Assembly (NCBI GenBank): GCA_038886535.1
Contig: JAVZXS010000006.1
Location: forward strand, 1 to 40,828
Length of the DNA: 40,828 nt
Source of the DNA: Candidatus Micrarchaeia archaeon
GTDB taxonomy: Archaea; Micrarchaeota; Micrarchaeia; CABMEP01
Direction: 5' to 3'
The notes beneath the pieces were generated by a model. That model ran no database searches, had not been told where the DNA came from, and worked only from the letters and a program-made list of their open reading frames with translations. This document shows, one piece after another, positions 9,112 through 17,389 of the stretch. Position 1 is the first letter of the stretch. Each line of letters begins with the position of its first letter. Position numbers and translations under genes: made by a program.

Positions 9112-9460
9112 TTTATTAGTAATCTCAAACCACCCACCCGAAAGGTGGGCGGAAGAACAAAAAGAGGGATGGGATAGAATTGATTACATCCCATTCCCTC
9201 AGGTGCCAGCTACTGCTTCTTTTGAGCAAGTGGTAGAAATTGCAACTCCACTTGCTCGTGCCATCGGGGAGTGGCTCAGCCAGAACCCTGATGGCAAGGT
9301 ATGTTTACAGGGGGAATTTACCCTCTGTTACATACTTTTTAGAAGCATTGATGACTACATCTTTGTCTTTCCAACCACCGAGAGAGTGGTTGAAGAAAGG
9401 CAGAAAGCAGATGGAAGCACTGAAAAAATTGCCACCTTTAAGTTTGTAAGGTGGCGTTAA
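9104..9460 (+). CDS. Csx20/Csx15-like protein; putative cOA ring nuclease (anti-type III CRISPR)
   Basis: ISNHP..W..EQ, IPFPQVP, VCLQGEF, PTTERVVEE and K..TFKFVRWR resemble the small CRISPR-associated Csx20-like family. Confidence 0.65.
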   Translation: MSNLLVISNHPPERWAEEQKEGWDRIDYIPFPQVPATASFEQVVEIATPLARAIGEWLSQNPDGKVCLQGEFTLCYILFRSIDDYIFVFPTTERVVEERQKADGSTEKIATFKFVRWR

Positions 9461-9462
9461 GT

Positions 9463-9507
9463 AGAAGCTTGCAGGGGATAAAAACCCTGCAGGCTTCTTT
9501 TATTTTT
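9463..9507 (+). terminator. Rho-independent terminator
   Basis: AGAAGCTTGCAGGG-loop-CCCTGCAGGCTTCT followed by a T-rich tail. Confidence 0.75.
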
Positions 9508-9550
9508 ATTGCAGTCATTGACTGCTAAAAAAACAAAAGGAGGTAAAAAG

Positions 9551-10159
9551 ATGAGTAAAATGATTGAGACAAAGTGCAAAGGAGCAGAAGCAGGAGCAAA
9601 TTTTGGTTGGAAGATTGAAGTCGGCAAGAAACCTAAAGGGCTATGGAGACCAAAGCTAACTATTCAAATATTTTCTGTAACAGAAAATAAGCTTAACATT
9701 GACCCGAGCTATCGTTTTCAAGTTTTTAAATATGAAGATGTGAGTTACGCAGAATGTAAAGATTGCAGAAAAGTAGGAAGAGATCAATGCCCTGGAAGGG
9801 AAAAAACAGAATATTTAATTCCTGTTAAATTTAAATTTTACGCAACTTCAAACGTAAGATATATTGATTATTTCCCTAAGTGCCACAATTGTTATCGCTA
9901 TTTTCAACTGCCTCGCATTTATAATATTTTTGAAAATAATTATGTTGTTGAGATGTTCTTGGAGTGGCGACCGGGTAAGCCTGATTATGACGATTATGTA
10001 AGCTGGCTTATTGAAAATGTTCTTAATCCCTGTATCGCTGAATTTGAACGGAGATGGGCAGAAGCTGAAACATCTGAAGAAACGGAAGCAGTTGAATATT
10101 CAAGTGACAACTATATTTCCAAAAAACTATATCTTCCAAAAACATGTCAAAAAAAATGA
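9551..10159 (+). CDS. Early hypothetical protein with Cys motifs
   Basis: Start refined to ATG 9551 after AGGAGG; CKDC..C and CHNC suggest Zn binding. Confidence 0.7.
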   Translation: MSKMIETKCKGAEAGANFGWKIEVGKKPKGLWRPKLTIQIFSVTENKLNIDPSYRFQVFKYEDVSYAECKDCRKVGRDQCPGREKTEYLIPVKFKFYATSNVRYIDYFPKCHNCYRYFQLPRIYNIFENNYVVEMFLEWRPGKPDYDDYVSWLIENVLNPCIAEFERRWAEAETSEETEAVEYSSDNYISKKLYLPKTCQKK

Positions 10160-10229
10160 AGGCATCATAAAAACTACAGATTGGGGAGGCTTAAAGCCTC
10201 TCCTAAAAAAAAACAAAAAGGGGGTTAAC

Positions 10230-10529
10230 ATGGCAAGAATAACAGAAAAGGACTGTAAGGAAGCTTTTGAACTTCTTGCAAAAGCTTTAGGTAAGTCAAC
10301 AGAAACATTTAATAAAGAGACAAGACAGTATAACATTGGCAGTTGGCAACTTGATTACAATTCAATTTACGGCGGCGCTATCATCAGGGAGATCATCAAT
10401 GAAAACGGCGGAGTTACAGACCCAATATTAAAATACCGATTATCACCAAAACAGTTTGTAACAGCTGTTGAGTTTGCCTTAAAGGTTCTAAATATTTACA
10501 CACGGGAGCAAACAAATGAGATTAGATGA
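10230..10529 (+). CDS. Early hypothetical protein (99 aa)
   Basis: Start refined to ATG 10230 after a GGGGG SD (MARITEKD...). Confidence 0.7.
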   Translation: MARITEKDCKEAFELLAKALGKSTETFNKETRQYNIGSWQLDYNSIYGGAIIREIINENGGVTDPILKYRLSPKQFVTAVEFALKVLNIYTREQTNEIR

Positions 10530-10584
10530 TGTGTTATTACTGCTATTATCAATTTTAATTATTTGTAGATTGGATAGGCTATAG
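10516..10584 (+). CDS. Putative 22-aa hydrophobic peptide
   Basis: MRLDDVLLLLLSILIICRLDRL*; GGGAG SD; overlaps the upstream stop. Confidence 0.4.
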   Translation: MRLDDVLLLLLSILIICRLDRL

Positions 10585-10601
10585 CCTTTCCTAAAAAAAA
10601 C

Positions 10602-10639
10602 AAAAAAGGGCATAAGGTAAAAAGCCTTATGCCTTTTTT
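10602..10639. terminator. Bidirectional intrinsic terminator
   Basis: AAAAAAGGGCATAAGG-loop-CCTTATGCCTTTTTT between convergent operons. Confidence 0.8.
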
Positions 10640-10747
10640 ATCTTTTTCTTTAACTTTTCTTTATATCCAATTGATTTTTAATGATTTTTAGCTTGCTAAT
10701 CCTTACCTTACCCTTACTTGACGCTTGCCTACTTTAAGCCAGATAAC

Positions 10748-11017
10748 TTGCCACAGCTCTGTTTAAGCCAATTTGCCACAGCTCTGGTCAATTTAGATGT
10801 TGATATGAACCATATCAAAAGGTCGGTTTCAAAATGCGGTTTCATTGAAGTTTCAAAGTTTCACCCCAAAGTTTCAACAAAGTTTCAACAGTTTCAACAT
10901 TTAAAAAGTCCTTATGTTTCAAATAGTTAGACAAAGTTTCAACAATGGTTTCAAAGTTTCAATTTCATGGTTTCAAGGGGGGGTATATATATACCCCCTG
11001 AAACCTGAAACGAAACC
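10748..11017. repeat. Putative replication origin: GTTTCA iterons plus palindrome
   Basis: 12 exact GTTTCA copies (10826-10975); perfect palindrome GGGGGTATATATATACCCCC (10979-10998); inverted TGAAAC copies after it; TTGCCACAGCTCTG x2. Adjacent to the helicase 3' end. Confidence 0.65.
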
Positions 11018-11038
11018 TTAAAAAAAGATAAAGGATAG

Positions 11039-12457
11039 TTAGAATGGTTCATCTGTTCTTAGAGCATACAGAGTTGTGTTGCTATCACGAATAGCAACGC
11101 AAACTCCTTTGTCGGTCAATCTCTTTAGGATGGTTTTAATTGTGTTGTAGTTGAGGGTAGTTTTTTCTTCAATTTCTTTTGGAGTTAATGCTCCATGTTT
11201 CTTTAAGGTCGCAATGACTAATTGCGTGTTACTCATGCTATCATCTTGTTCTAATGTAGCTTGCTTAATTTGAACTCCACCGTTTGAGTATGTCAACTCG
11301 TATACAAATGGCTTGGTGTATAAAGTTGATACATTGCACTTTTTATGGACGAACACTAATTGAAAACTGTCAAGTGAAATAATTTTCTTTTTAAGTTGCC
11401 AAACATTTCTGGCTAAATTGTGGAAAAATACAGATCCGAACACTGTTTCGTTTTCAGAATTTTTCGGTGTGTGTCCTATCAAGAGAATTGTTTTTCGTAA
11501 CTTTTGCAGGCACTGATAAAAATTGACTATACTTGCTACTTCTAAAACATCACCGCACGCAGGAGCAAGACTGTCAATGATGACTAAATCAACATCATGT
11601 TCTGCAATGATATTTGCGATACTTTCAAATTCAGTCTGTAAGGGCATGTGGCAAGCTCTGTATTTAATTGAAGCATCAATTTTATAAGATTTGTGCAACA
11701 TTTTTAAAAAGCTCTGGACAACTATTTTATTATTCTCGTAATCAAGATACAATGCTTTTATTGGCTTTGCTCTAAGTTTCATTGATGATTGCAACTCTGT
11801 TGAATGTCCAAGCATAGCAAAACATAGTGCAATTGAAGACTTTCCTGTTCCACCTTCTGCGAAAATGAGATTGATTGTATCTTGGATGATAAAAGGTTCT
11901 ATAAGGTATGAATATGTGCTTTCTGTAATTGTTGATATGTCTATATCTTCAACAGCTTCTCCTTCACGCAATAAAGTATACAGCCTTTTTTTCCAATACT
12001 GAATTAGAGCTTTCCAGTTGATGCCGAAGTCCTTCTCTGGCATTGCTTCTTCACATTTTTTCACAAGTTCAGATGTAGTTCTTTCTGAATACAAATTATA
12101 CTTGCCTTGCCAAATAATTTCACTTTTTGCGGCGGGTATGTTAGTGATGATTTCAAGATGCATAATACACTCATCTGTTTTGACTTTGATGTTTGTTGAG
12201 TTGAAAATTAATCCATTCCATGACAACTTGAACCCTAATGGTGTTTTGTCAGCTTTAAATTCATACTCAGATACCATTGTGTCATGTAGGACTGCTATAG
12301 GAATTATGTCGGTAATGTCTACTTTTGTTATTCCATTTTCAACAGCTTGCTCAAAAATAATATCCCTAATTGCATCCTTTGTTTCTGCTTCAATCATTTT
12401 CTCATCAGAATATATTTTCCCATCTCTCTCAAATGTATATTTCACAAAAAATTTCAT
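11039..12457 (-). CDS. RepA/AAA_25-type RecA-fold replicative helicase with C-terminal winged HTH
   Basis: Walker A AEGGTGKS, YLDYEN, Walker B LVIIDSL, IGHTPK, FGS..F..LAR; C-terminal LTPKEIEEKTTLNYNTIKTILKRL. Confidence 0.8.
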   Translation of the reverse strand: MKFFVKYTFERDGKIYSDEKMIEAETKDAIRDIIFEQAVENGITKVDITDIIPIAVLHDTMVSEYEFKADKTPLGFKLSWNGLIFNSTNIKVKTDECIMHLEIITNIPAAKSEIIWQGKYNLYSERTTSELVKKCEEAMPEKDFGINWKALIQYWKKRLYTLLREGEAVEDIDISTITESTYSYLIEPFIIQDTINLIFAEGGTGKSSIALCFAMLGHSTELQSSMKLRAKPIKALYLDYENNKIVVQSFLKMLHKSYKIDASIKYRACHMPLQTEFESIANIIAEHDVDLVIIDSLAPACGDVLEVASIVNFYQCLQKLRKTILLIGHTPKNSENETVFGSVFFHNLARNVWQLKKKIISLDSFQLVFVHKKCNVSTLYTKPFVYELTYSNGGVQIKQATLEQDDSMSNTQLVIATLKKHGALTPKEIEEKTTLNYNTIKTILKRLTDKGVCVAIRDSNTTLYALRTDEPF

Positions 12458-12915
12458 TTCTCCCCCCTTAGTGCTTGCTCTAAATCATCTGCGGTTCCAT
12501 ACTTTCCACAACCAAAACAATAAAATGTGTCTGTCTCAAAATATATCCTGCAAGATGGAGTTCTTTCAAGATGAAATGGACATAATATCATTTTGCTTTT
12601 CATTTTCACATTATACCTCTCTAAAACGCTCAGAATTGATTTAGAGGCTTTTTTCTTTTTGACCCTTATATCACCACTTCTTTTCTCTTTGCAATATCTC
12701 CTGAAGTCTCTCGTTGCTTCAGCAGGGCTTTTTTCTTGACTATAAGTTCTGGAACATCCAATCTCATTCCATTCGGGAGATATACAGATGCCATCATCTT
12801 CAGGATAAGGCAAAATCTCTCTCTCAAGATTGAGAAGTTTAATTCTCAAGTCGCAGATTAGGTCAAAATGGTCTTGAGAGAGAGACTGAATAAGAGCTTT
12901 AATTAGTTTTTCCAT
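12454..12915 (-). CDS. CHC2 (DnaG-type) zinc-finger protein without a TOPRIM domain
   Basis: CPFHLERTPSC...FYCFGCGKYG. Confidence 0.85.
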   Translation of the reverse strand: MEKLIKALIQSLSQDHFDLICDLRIKLLNLEREILPYPEDDGICISPEWNEIGCSRTYSQEKSPAEATRDFRRYCKEKRSGDIRVKKKKASKSILSVLERYNVKMKSKMILCPFHLERTPSCRIYFETDTFYCFGCGKYGTADDLEQALRGEK

Positions 12916-13069
12916 CTTTGATGACCTCTACCTTAATCTCTTTACCATCGTATATCCACATGAAGCTATCATTTTTTGTAAGCCCTAACATGTCAACAAT
13001 CGGTTTTGGAACAACTGAGAGCATTGTATTTCTCACTGAGAATAACTTTGTTTTTTTCTTATACTTCAT
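12899..13069 (-). CDS. AbrB/MazE/SpoVT-like DNA-binding protein
   Basis: VVPKPIVDMLGLTKNDSFMWIYDGKEIKV pattern; start refined to ATG 13069 after a GGGGGTG SD. Confidence 0.7.
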   Translation of the reverse strand: MKYKKKTKLFSVRNTMLSVVPKPIVDMLGLTKNDSFMWIYDGKEIKVEVIKDGKTN

Positions 13070-13095
13070 TCTATCACCCCCTTCCTTTTTTTCAT

Positions 13096-13104
13096 AGTAT
13101 AACA
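13096..13104 (-). promoter_or_regulatory. Extended -10 promoter for the replication operon
   Basis: TGTTATACT on the - strand upstream of the AbrB-like gene SD. Confidence 0.5.
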
Positions 13105-13170
13105 AAAAACAACAAAAAAATACTATTAAAATTTTTTATAGCTATATTAAAAAATTTATCTGAAAATCAG

Positions 13171-13199
13171 TTGACAAATGTAATGAGAGCTGATAGAAT
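13171..13199 (+). promoter_or_regulatory. Sigma70-type promoter of the middle operon
   Basis: TTGACA (13171-76), 17 bp, TAGAAT (13194-99) with a TG extension. Confidence 0.8.
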
Positions 13200-13231
13200 A
13201 GAATTAATACAAAAAAAATGGAGGTGTAAAG

Positions 13232-13447
13232 ATGGAAGTAACCAAAGAAGTAGACGCATTGGTTCAAAAAGGGTGGGACACAGCGGATGCGTGCGAGATA
13301 TTACAGCTTGCGTATTGTGATTTGTTAATAATGTCGCTAACGAAGCTTAATCTTGCTGATGAAACGGTAAGAGAGTATATGAAAGCAATTTTAGAAATCC
13401 AAAAAATTAAGGACGAATATTTATTAAGGGGGGTAAACAATGAATGA
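13232..13447 (+). CDS. Hypothetical protein
   Basis: GGAGGTG SD; first gene after the promoter. Confidence 0.75.
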   Translation: MEVTKEVDALVQKGWDTADACEILQLAYCDLLIMSLTKLNLADETVREYMKAILEIQKIKDEYLLRGVNNE

Positions 13448-14123
13448 AATTGCTGAAAAAAAAGAAATAGGGGGTCTTACAATTGAAAATCCGCAGGCAT
13501 TTGTGTCAACGGTTACTCAGGTTGCGGATGCTCTAAAATCAGTTATTGAGAAGCAAAAACTGTATGCAGTCATAAACAATCGCAAGTTTGTAACATGTGA
13601 GGGATGGACAACTCTTGCTTCTTTGTGTGGCTTTATTCCTTCAGTCCAGTCGGTTGAAGTGTATAAGGATGGTGAAGTCCTTGAAGCAAAGGCAGAGGCA
13701 ATTCTTCAAAAGAAAGGCGTTATTGTTGCAAAGGCTATTGCTTTTTGTAGAGCTGATGAAGACAAATTCGGCGGAAAAAGAATGCAAGAGAAATATGAAA
13801 TTGCCTCTATGGCTCAAACAAGAGCAGTGTCAAAAGTTTGTCGTATAGCTCTCTCATGGATAATGACAATGGCAGGTTATGAGGCTACACCTGCCGAGGA
13901 GATAAAAGCTGAATATGTAGAGGCAGAGATAGAAAAACCGAAAGCAACAGAACAGCAACTCAAGGCAATCCATGCAATACTGAACAAAATGAATTTGCAA
14001 ACAAGAGAAGAAAAGCTAAAGAGAATTTCACTTGTATTGGGCAAGGAAATATCTTCTTATGACGAATTGACAAAAGCAGATGCTTCTACTCTTATAGAAA
14101 ACTTGCAAAAAGAACCATTCTAA
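13440..14123 (+). CDS. Putative single-strand annealing recombinase
   Basis: KFVTCEGW and SMAQTRAVSK...GYEATPAEE core; C-terminal ATEQQLKAI...LTKADASTLIENL domain; near an exonuclease gene. Confidence 0.6.
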   Translation: MNEIAEKKEIGGLTIENPQAFVSTVTQVADALKSVIEKQKLYAVINNRKFVTCEGWTTLASLCGFIPSVQSVEVYKDGEVLEAKAEAILQKKGVIVAKAIAFCRADEDKFGGKRMQEKYEIASMAQTRAVSKVCRIALSWIMTMAGYEATPAEEIKAEYVEAEIEKPKATEQQLKAIHAILNKMNLQTREEKLKRISLVLGKEISSYDELTKADASTLIENLQKEPF

Positions 14124-14135
14124 AGGGGGTGTATC

Positions 14136-14330
14136 ATGATTAATGAAGCATGGGCATTATGGGTTAAAGAAATGCTTTTAAAGGCATTGGAAGATAAAAA
14201 GAATAGAGAAAACATAATTTTGAACATTATTAATGACATTGACAATGAGTTTGAGGAACTAAAGGAGTTTTATGAAGAGGAGCTAAGACAAAAGCAACAG
14301 AAAGATAAAAAGGGGGTAAGTAATGCGTAA
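14136..14330 (+). CDS. Hypothetical protein
   Basis: GGGGGTG SD; coupled within the operon. Confidence 0.7.
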   Translation: MINEAWALWVKEMLLKALEDKKNRENIILNIINDIDNEFEELKEFYEEELRQKQQKDKKGVSNA

Positions 14331-15273
14331 ATGGTCTCCAACGATGATTAATGCAACTAAAAAATGCAAAAGACATTTTGAAAAGAAATTTATAGAAGAA
14401 GCTCCTGCGGAAGTAATTATTCAGGAGTTTGAACAGGGTAAGCAGTATCATGAAATAGCAGAAAGGTTCCTTATAACAGGCAACGATGTGAACCTTCAAG
14501 GCTTAAACTCTGAAGTCCAAAAAGCATTAAAAGAAATAAAAAATATGGGTAAGCTATACATAGAAAAAGAGTTTGAGAATGAAATCATCAGGGGCATAGC
14601 AGATATTGTGATTGATAATGAGAATGAATGGATTGTTATAGACATAAAGAGTAGGTATGACAGCGATATATCTCAAGATGATTATGTTCAGCTTTATACA
14701 TATCTCTATTTTCTTCAACAAGAGCAAGAGAAAGAAAATGCACGCATAGGCATATTAGCACTGCATAATCAATTTCACCCTCTTCATATAGAGCAAGCTC
14801 AATATAAAACGCTTCAGGACTTGAAAGAATATGTTGAGCATCAGATAGAGCTTGCTGAAAAAAGAATACAACACATGAGAATTAATACTTCATATTGCAA
14901 ATACTGTGAATATATTCTCTCTTGCGATGCTATCACTGAAAAGCCTGTATCAATAGAGGAAATAGCACGAAAGTATCTACAGCTTGAGCAACTTCTGAAA
15001 CAATATGAGTATACTTTGCGGGAGCATGTGAACATAACAGGGCAAAACATTGTTGTAGATGATGTTGAGATTGGCATGCACATTAGGAATGTTACAAAAA
15101 TTGATGAAGAGCTATTATTAAAGATAGCAAAAGAGCAACAGATACCATTACATACTATATACAAACCTGATATAACGAATATTAAAAAACTTGCTAAAAA
15201 ACACCAAGAGCTTGCTAATGCAATTAATATTGAACAAGATTACTATTTCACATCAAAGAAGATAAAGGGATAG
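14323..15273 (+). CDS. PD-(D/E)XK Cas4/RecB-like exonuclease
   Basis: WSPT..C, RGIADIV, VIDIKS, QLYTY, CKYCEYILSC (1+3 Cys pattern of Fe-S nucleases). Confidence 0.8.
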   Translation: MRKWSPTMINATKKCKRHFEKKFIEEAPAEVIIQEFEQGKQYHEIAERFLITGNDVNLQGLNSEVQKALKEIKNMGKLYIEKEFENEIIRGIADIVIDNENEWIVIDIKSRYDSDISQDDYVQLYTYLYFLQQEQEKENARIGILALHNQFHPLHIEQAQYKTLQDLKEYVEHQIELAEKRIQHMRINTSYCKYCEYILSCDAITEKPVSIEEIARKYLQLEQLLKQYEYTLREHVNITGQNIVVDDVEIGMHIRNVTKIDEELLLKIAKEQQIPLHTIYKPDITNIKKLAKKHQELANAINIEQDYYFTSKKIKG

Positions 15274-15275
15274 AC

Positions 15276-15515
15276 ATGGATACAAAACTAAAAATGATTA
15301 AAAATTATATTGTCTCGGAACTTGAATGGCTTAAAAAAAGACAAGAGGAACTTGCTCAAGAAAAAGATATTATTTTAAACAAATTGAACGAATATAATGG
15401 CATAAGAGATATTGAGGATTTGAAAAGAAAATACGATGATCTAATATGGACAATTTTTAAAATTGATGGTGAAATTAAATTGCTAAAAAAGGTATTAGAC
15501 ATGATTGAGAAATAA
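15276..15515 (+). CDS. Hypothetical coiled-coil protein
   Basis: Operon-coupled ORF. Confidence 0.65.
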   Translation: MDTKLKMIKNYIVSELEWLKKRQEELAQEKDIILNKLNEYNGIRDIEDLKRKYDDLIWTIFKIDGEIKLLKKVLDMIEK

Positions 15516-15525
15516 GGAGGAAAGC

Positions 15526-15765
15526 ATGAAATTTCTTAGAGAGTGGGCAATAGCTTTGTTAACATTAGCTTGTATTTTGTCTATATTTCTGGGTTATTTC
15601 TGGCGTGTCTACCATGAAAAAAAGAATTGGGACAAATGGTCAGATGCCATAAAGCATGAGTTTTTACTTGAGTTAACAGATACAGGCAATCAGGAAGTGA
15701 GCTATTACAAGGATTGGGTTTTTATAAAAAGAGCAGATGGCTCGGTAGTAATAAAGAGGAGGTAA
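15526..15765 (+). CDS. Hypothetical membrane-anchored protein
   Basis: AAGGAGG SD; N-terminal TM segment WAIALLTLACILSIFLGYFW. Confidence 0.65.
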   Translation: MKFLREWAIALLTLACILSIFLGYFWRVYHEKKNWDKWSDAIKHEFLLELTDTGNQEVSYYKDWVFIKRADGSVVIKRR

Positions 15766-15767
15766 AA

Positions 15768-16058
15768 ATGGAATTCAAACACAAAAACATTGATTTAGAT
15801 GATTTAATGGGGAAATATTTATACAAATCTTATAGCCACGCATTAATTAATTATTTAAGCAACATTGGAACTTTAGAATTGAAATTTGGCAAGATTGCAG
15901 AGAAAATATTTGTAGTTGCAAGATTAATAAAGAAAACAAGTATGTATAATGAAGAAGTTATTGAAATAGAGGGTGAAGCATTTTATTCAATAGAAGATGC
16001 AATGACAGATGCGTTGTATCTTCTTTGGGAGAAGATGGAGAAAACACAAGGAGAGTAA
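15768..16058 (+). CDS. Hypothetical protein
   Basis: Start refined to ATG 15768 after GAGGAGG. Confidence 0.65.
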   Translation: MEFKHKNIDLDDLMGKYLYKSYSHALINYLSNIGTLELKFGKIAEKIFVVARLIKKTSMYNEEVIEIEGEAFYSIEDAMTDALYLLWEKMEKTQGE

Positions 16059-16059
16059 T

Positions 16060-16578
16060 ATGTTATCAAGTTTTAAAGTTGATGAATATTTAAAAGTAGA
16101 CAACTTAAATCGGGTCAATCTTATAACAGGAAGAAATAATACAGGTAAAACTGCATTTCTGAACGAAATTTTTTATTATTATTTTGATGATGTGAGTGTT
16201 CCTGCTTCCTTTATAATGCCAACAACTCATTTTGAAAGAAGTGGTGATAGAAAAATAGAAGCAATAAATAAAGAATTGGAGAAGAATGAAAATGGAATAG
16301 TTTTGATAGATGGGATTGAAGTCAATATCCATCATTCAAGATATACAGAGCTATGGGAATTAATAAGAGAGAAAGCAATAAAATATAATTGTCAAGTATT
16401 TGCAACAACATTGAGTTATGAGTGTATAGCATCAGCATTTGAAGTGTTTTCAAAATATGAGCCTTATGAGTTGAGTTTTTATAATTTTTCGTATAAAGAT
16501 TTTGCGATTATGGTTACTTATTATGATAAAGAAACTTTACAGTCAGCACTTGAGCTTGGATTAGAAATACGGGGGTAA
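16060..16578 (+). CDS. Miniaturised, degenerate ABC-type (AAA_15/AAA_21-like) ATPase
   Basis: Walker A GRNNTGKT intact; Walker B VLIDGIE (DE to DG); H-loop ATTLS (expected TTHS); central region missing. Confidence 0.7.
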   Translation: MLSSFKVDEYLKVDNLNRVNLITGRNNTGKTAFLNEIFYYYFDDVSVPASFIMPTTHFERSGDRKIEAINKELEKNENGIVLIDGIEVNIHHSRYTELWELIREKAIKYNCQVFATTLSYECIASAFEVFSKYEPYELSFYNFSYKDFAIMVTYYDKETLQSALELGLEIRG

Positions 16579-16802
16579 TAGATGTCAAGTAGACACTTGA
16601 AATAGACAATGCAATTATGTTCTGTGTAAAGAAATTTGCAGAAGGGGTATCAAAGTGAAAAATATTGCGACATTGGTAACAAACATTATAAAAGAGATGA
16701 AGAATAGAAAAGCCCTTGCATGCAATGCAAATAAGCGACTGTCTAACTGACAATCCAGCAATGCAAGAGCATATATCATTATAACATAAAAAGGAGGTAA
16801 AA

Positions 16803-16985
16803 ATGGATAGGAAAATATGCCCTTTAACTTTTGCAAATACTAATGTGGATGAATGGTGTGTGAAGGAGAAGTGCGAGTGGTGGAATGGGGATGAGTGTTC
16901 TGTTAGGGCAATTACGAAACAGTTAGAGGAAATAGCAACATCACTTAAGCTGATAGCTCGTGGATATATTGACGATGGCAAATAA
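16803..16985 (+). CDS. Small Cys-rich phage protein
   Basis: AGGAGG SD; CPL..C..EKCEWW....C. Confidence 0.7.
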   Translation: MDRKICPLTFANTNVDEWCVKEKCEWWNGDECSVRAITKQLEEIATSLKLIARGYIDDGK

Positions 16986-17124
16986 AGAAGTAGTAAAGAT
17001 AATTAAGAACATCTCTAAACTTACAGATGAGGAGCTTGTTAGGTTAAGTATTTCAGTTGAGCGAGAGCTAAAAGCAAGAATGAACGGGGAGAAAAATGGC
17101 AAACAGAAACAGACAAAGAGCTAA
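16975..17124 (+). CDS. Hypothetical 49-aa protein
   Basis: Manual translation MANKEVVKIIKNISKLTDEELVRL...; fills the gap and overlaps both neighbours. Confidence 0.5.
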   Translation: MANKEVVKIIKNISKLTDEELVRLSISVERELKARMNGEKNGKQKQTKS

Positions 17125-17389
17125 AGAAGTAGAGAGAGCTGTTGCTAAAAAAGTAGGTGGTCGTAGAGTGGGAATATTAGGACAAGAGGATATATCGCAT
17201 GACAAGTTTTCTATTGAAGTGAAATCAAGGAAAGTTTTTGTAGCGGAAAAGTGGTTTGCACAAGCTGAAAAAAACGCAAAAGGGAAAGTGCCTCTTTTGA
17301 TAGTTCATGTAACAGGGAAAAGACATGATAACGATTATGTGATTATGAAATTGAAAGACTTTTTGGGGGTGTGTAATGATTTCTCATAA
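17096..17389 (+). CDS. Holliday junction resolvase (Hjc-like PD-(D/E)XK)
   Basis: AKEVERAVAK..G...D.....SIEVKSRK; PLLIVH; VIMKLKDF. Confidence 0.75.
   Translation: MANRNRQRAKEVERAVAKKVGGRRVGILGQEDISHDKFSIEVKSRKVFVAEKWFAQAEKNAKGKVPLLIVHVTGKRHDNDYVIMKLKDFLGVCNDFS

Noticed and set aside
14323..15273. CRISPR adaptation cas4
   Set aside because: No cas1/cas2; the context beside an annealing protein fits a phage recombination exonuclease.
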